A DNA stretch of 64,000 nt from Octopus vulgaris (lineage: Eukaryota): NCBI GenBank assembly GCA_951406725.2, contig OX597814.1:215760001-215824000 (forward strand). The letters are read 5' to 3'. Made by a program: the position numbers and the translations under genes. Each line of letters opens with the position of its first letter. The first letter of the stretch is position 1. The notes under the pieces are model-generated. The model did not search any database. It worked only from the letters and a program-made list of their open reading frames with translations, and was not told the DNA's origin. Shown piece after piece: positions 61,400 through 64,000 of the stretch.

Positions 61400-62450
61400 C
61401 CAAAAAGCTAAATGATATCAAAAACTAGAAAAAAGAAGAAAGATTATTTGACAGCCAATGGAAGGCTTAGCATGGTGACTCCCAAGGATAGTTGCAAGAA
61501 GTAATAATAGTGAGACATAATTATGGTTGAAGAAATGAAGGCTGAAAAGGAATGTATTAGAGAGCTGAAGAGAATGGAAAGCATGGTACCATTGGCTGAG
61601 GGTAATAAGCTCACTATGCATGCAAGACTGCAGGAGCTCCAATGAATCCTGTGATAAAAAATGGTGTAGACCCAAAGTGCTGATACTGCAACGATGGGAT
61701 TGAAACAGTGGACCACCTAATCTCTGGGTGTAATGATTTAGCACCTGTAGAGTATAAATCAAGACATGACAGTGTCGACCAATATCTACTTTGGATAATG
61801 TATCAGTGTCATAAAATCAAAATTGCTGACAAATGGTACAAGCACCACCCTGAGGCTGTTAGAGAGGGAGAAAATGTAACGATTCTTTGGGACTTCCCAG
61901 TATGTACAGATGTGACCATCAAAGCTAATAAACCAGAAATTATTGTGAAAGACCAAAACAATAAAGTCTGTTTATTGATTGATGTGAGCGTACTTTGTGA
62001 CTATGATATCTCAGCAAAAGAATTTGATAAGCTCAGAAAATATAACGATCTGCTGATTGAAATCAAAAAGATGTGGCATCTCAAGATGGCTACAATACCA
62101 GTGATTGTAGGAGCACTTGGAATGATCAAAAAAGGAACTGAAAATTATTTAAGAATGATCCTTGGCTTACCATCCATGCAGGAAGTGCAAAAGATTGTCT
62201 TAACTGGTAACTGGTCACACGTATTGAGAAGAGCATCATTGCTGTGAATTTTCTTTCCTTTTTCCCTTTTATTTTCTTTGTTTATTTTTTCCTTTTTTCT
62301 GTCTTTCTTCTCTTTTTTCTCTATCACATGACTTTGTAAATGAACAATCTGCTGTGTTTATTTTAATGGCCTACCAATGTATACAGTACATTTCTCTGCC
62401 CTAGGTGTCAGGAAGACACTTAGCAAGAAATAGAAACAGAACTGAAAGAT
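61400..62450 (+). mobile_element. Dong/R4-type LINE 3' fragment with 3' UTR
   Basis: ORF 61708-62247: HLISGC..EYKSRHD..ILWDF..KPEI..IDVS..KY. Same family as 17165-17703. Confidence 0.9.
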
Positions 62451-62479
62451 GATAATGAAAATAACGATAACAATAATAA

Positions 62480-63385
62480 GAGGACTAATAATAAAAAGAG
62501 AGCTAATATCGGTAGAAGACTGCATGGAGTTAGAATAGATATAGACTACTATGTAAGTTGTAGTAAAGAAAGTTTGGAAACCAACCAAAATACCAAACAA
62601 ACTTAAAAATCAGAAAAAAGGAACAGAAATTATCTGACTGGCAGGAGAAGGCATTGCATGGTAGATTTCCAAAGATAGTTTCAGTAAATAGTAGTAGTGA
62701 GACATGGTTATGTTTGCTTAAAGGATGGCTGTATAGGGAGATAGAAAGTTTGTTAGTAGCAGCACAAAATCATGCATTAACGACTAATTGGATAAAGGCC
62801 AAGATAGACAATAACCAAGTAGATTCCCAGTGTAGGTTATGCAAATCAAAAGAGAAAAGTGTTACTCATATAGTAAGTGAATGTAACATGATGTCAAAGA
62901 AAGAATACAAGAAAAGACAACCCAGAGAGAGCAATCCACAGGGTGTTATGTAGAAAGCTGAGATTTGACCATACTAATAAATCATATGAACACGAACCTA
63001 GTAGAGTACTAGATATAAAAAATACAAGATGTGAGACATTAACATTCAGATTGACAGAGGAACAGAATTTAGGCCTGATTTAGTAGTTATAGACAAAGAG
63101 AACAGAATGTGCTATATAACTGATTTTATAGTCCCAAATGATGAAAAAATTAATATGAAAAGTATAGAAAAAATAGCAAAGTACCAGGACCTAGCCATTG
63201 AATTACAGAGACTATAGAAAGTGAGTGTAAAAGGTATCCCTGTAGTTATACGTGCATTAGGAACTATCCCTAAAGATCTGAACAGATGGATAGAGGAAAT
63301 AGACATAAAACCCTGTTTAGTACAGTGGCAGAAAACAGTGTTATTAGGGACAGCTAGGATACTTAGGAGGGTTCTTGGCATCTAA
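62480..63385 (+). mobile_element. Second, more divergent RLE-type LINE 3' fragment
   Basis: LHGRF, LLVAAQNHAL, CRLCKSKEKSVTHIVSEC, RPDLVVID, KYQDL and VLLGTARILRRVL*. Confidence 0.88.
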
Positions 63386-63454
63386 GGTTACTCTGTTGTA
63401 GCCTGATGTTAGGAATTTTTCTTTTCAACAGTCTAATCTGTTGTACATATATGA

Positions 63455-64000
63455 ATCATCATCGTTTAATGTCTGTTTTCCATGCTAGCATGGGTTGGAT
63501 GGTTCGACTGGGGTCTGGGAAGCCAGAAGGCTGCACCAGGCTCCAGTCTGATCTGGCAATGTTTCTACGGCTGGATGCCCTTCCTAATGCCAACCACTCC
63601 GTGAGTGTAGTGGGTGCTTTTTACGTGCCACTGGCACAGGTGCCAGGTGGTGCTGGCATCGGCCATGTTTGGATGGTGCTTTTTACGTGCCACTGGCACA
63701 GGGATCACAACTACAATTTCCATTGATTTTTGATGTTGATGTACTTGACTCAATAGGTCTCTCCTCATGCACAGGGTCGAAACAGTGTTTCCTTACATAC
63801 CAGCTGCACAGGAGTCAGTCCAGCGGCACTGGCAACTGCCAGGTGCCAGTCATAGGATTGGTTCAATTTCGATTCTGATTTCACTTGCCCCAACAGGTCT
63901 TCGCAAGCAGTGTTTAGTGTCCAATGAAGGGACGTTAGCATGGGTGCCAGTTGTCGGATGAGGTTCGATTTCGAATTGAATTTCGACTTCACTTGTCCCA
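63455..64000 (-). mobile_element. SINE-like repeat with (GAT)n tail, running off the window end
   Basis: Reverse complement of 30120-30285 plus additional upstream modules. Confidence 0.7.

Overview
AT-rich, repeat-dense animal genomic DNA. The SINE families and microsatellite load suggest a coleoid cephalopod such as Octopus; this is inferred, not proven. Most listed ORFs are microsatellite artefacts or decayed transposon frames. One host gene is supported: the last four exons of a minus-strand WWE + PARP-catalytic gene (PARP14/15-like, H-Y-I triad) at 56585-60871, with phase-consistent GT-AG junctions. The rest is mobile-element debris: CR1/L2-type, RTE, Dong/R4 and Tx1-like LINE fragments, several tRNA-derived SINE families, two mariner remnants, a hAT element, a MULE-like MITE, non-autonomous Helitrons and a 210/211-bp satellite of about 20 copies. 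The most notable non-coding signals are (i) a same-strand cluster of hammerhead-ribozyme motifs at 10.7-11.25 kb plus another at 139-236, resembling those of Penelope-like elements; (ii) an 80-nt 28S-rRNA-like domain with compensatory changes inside a retroelement-like tail; and (iii) a Tx1-like LINE remnant carrying a tRNA-derived SINE-like head. All family assignments come from motif recognition by eye; no searches were run.
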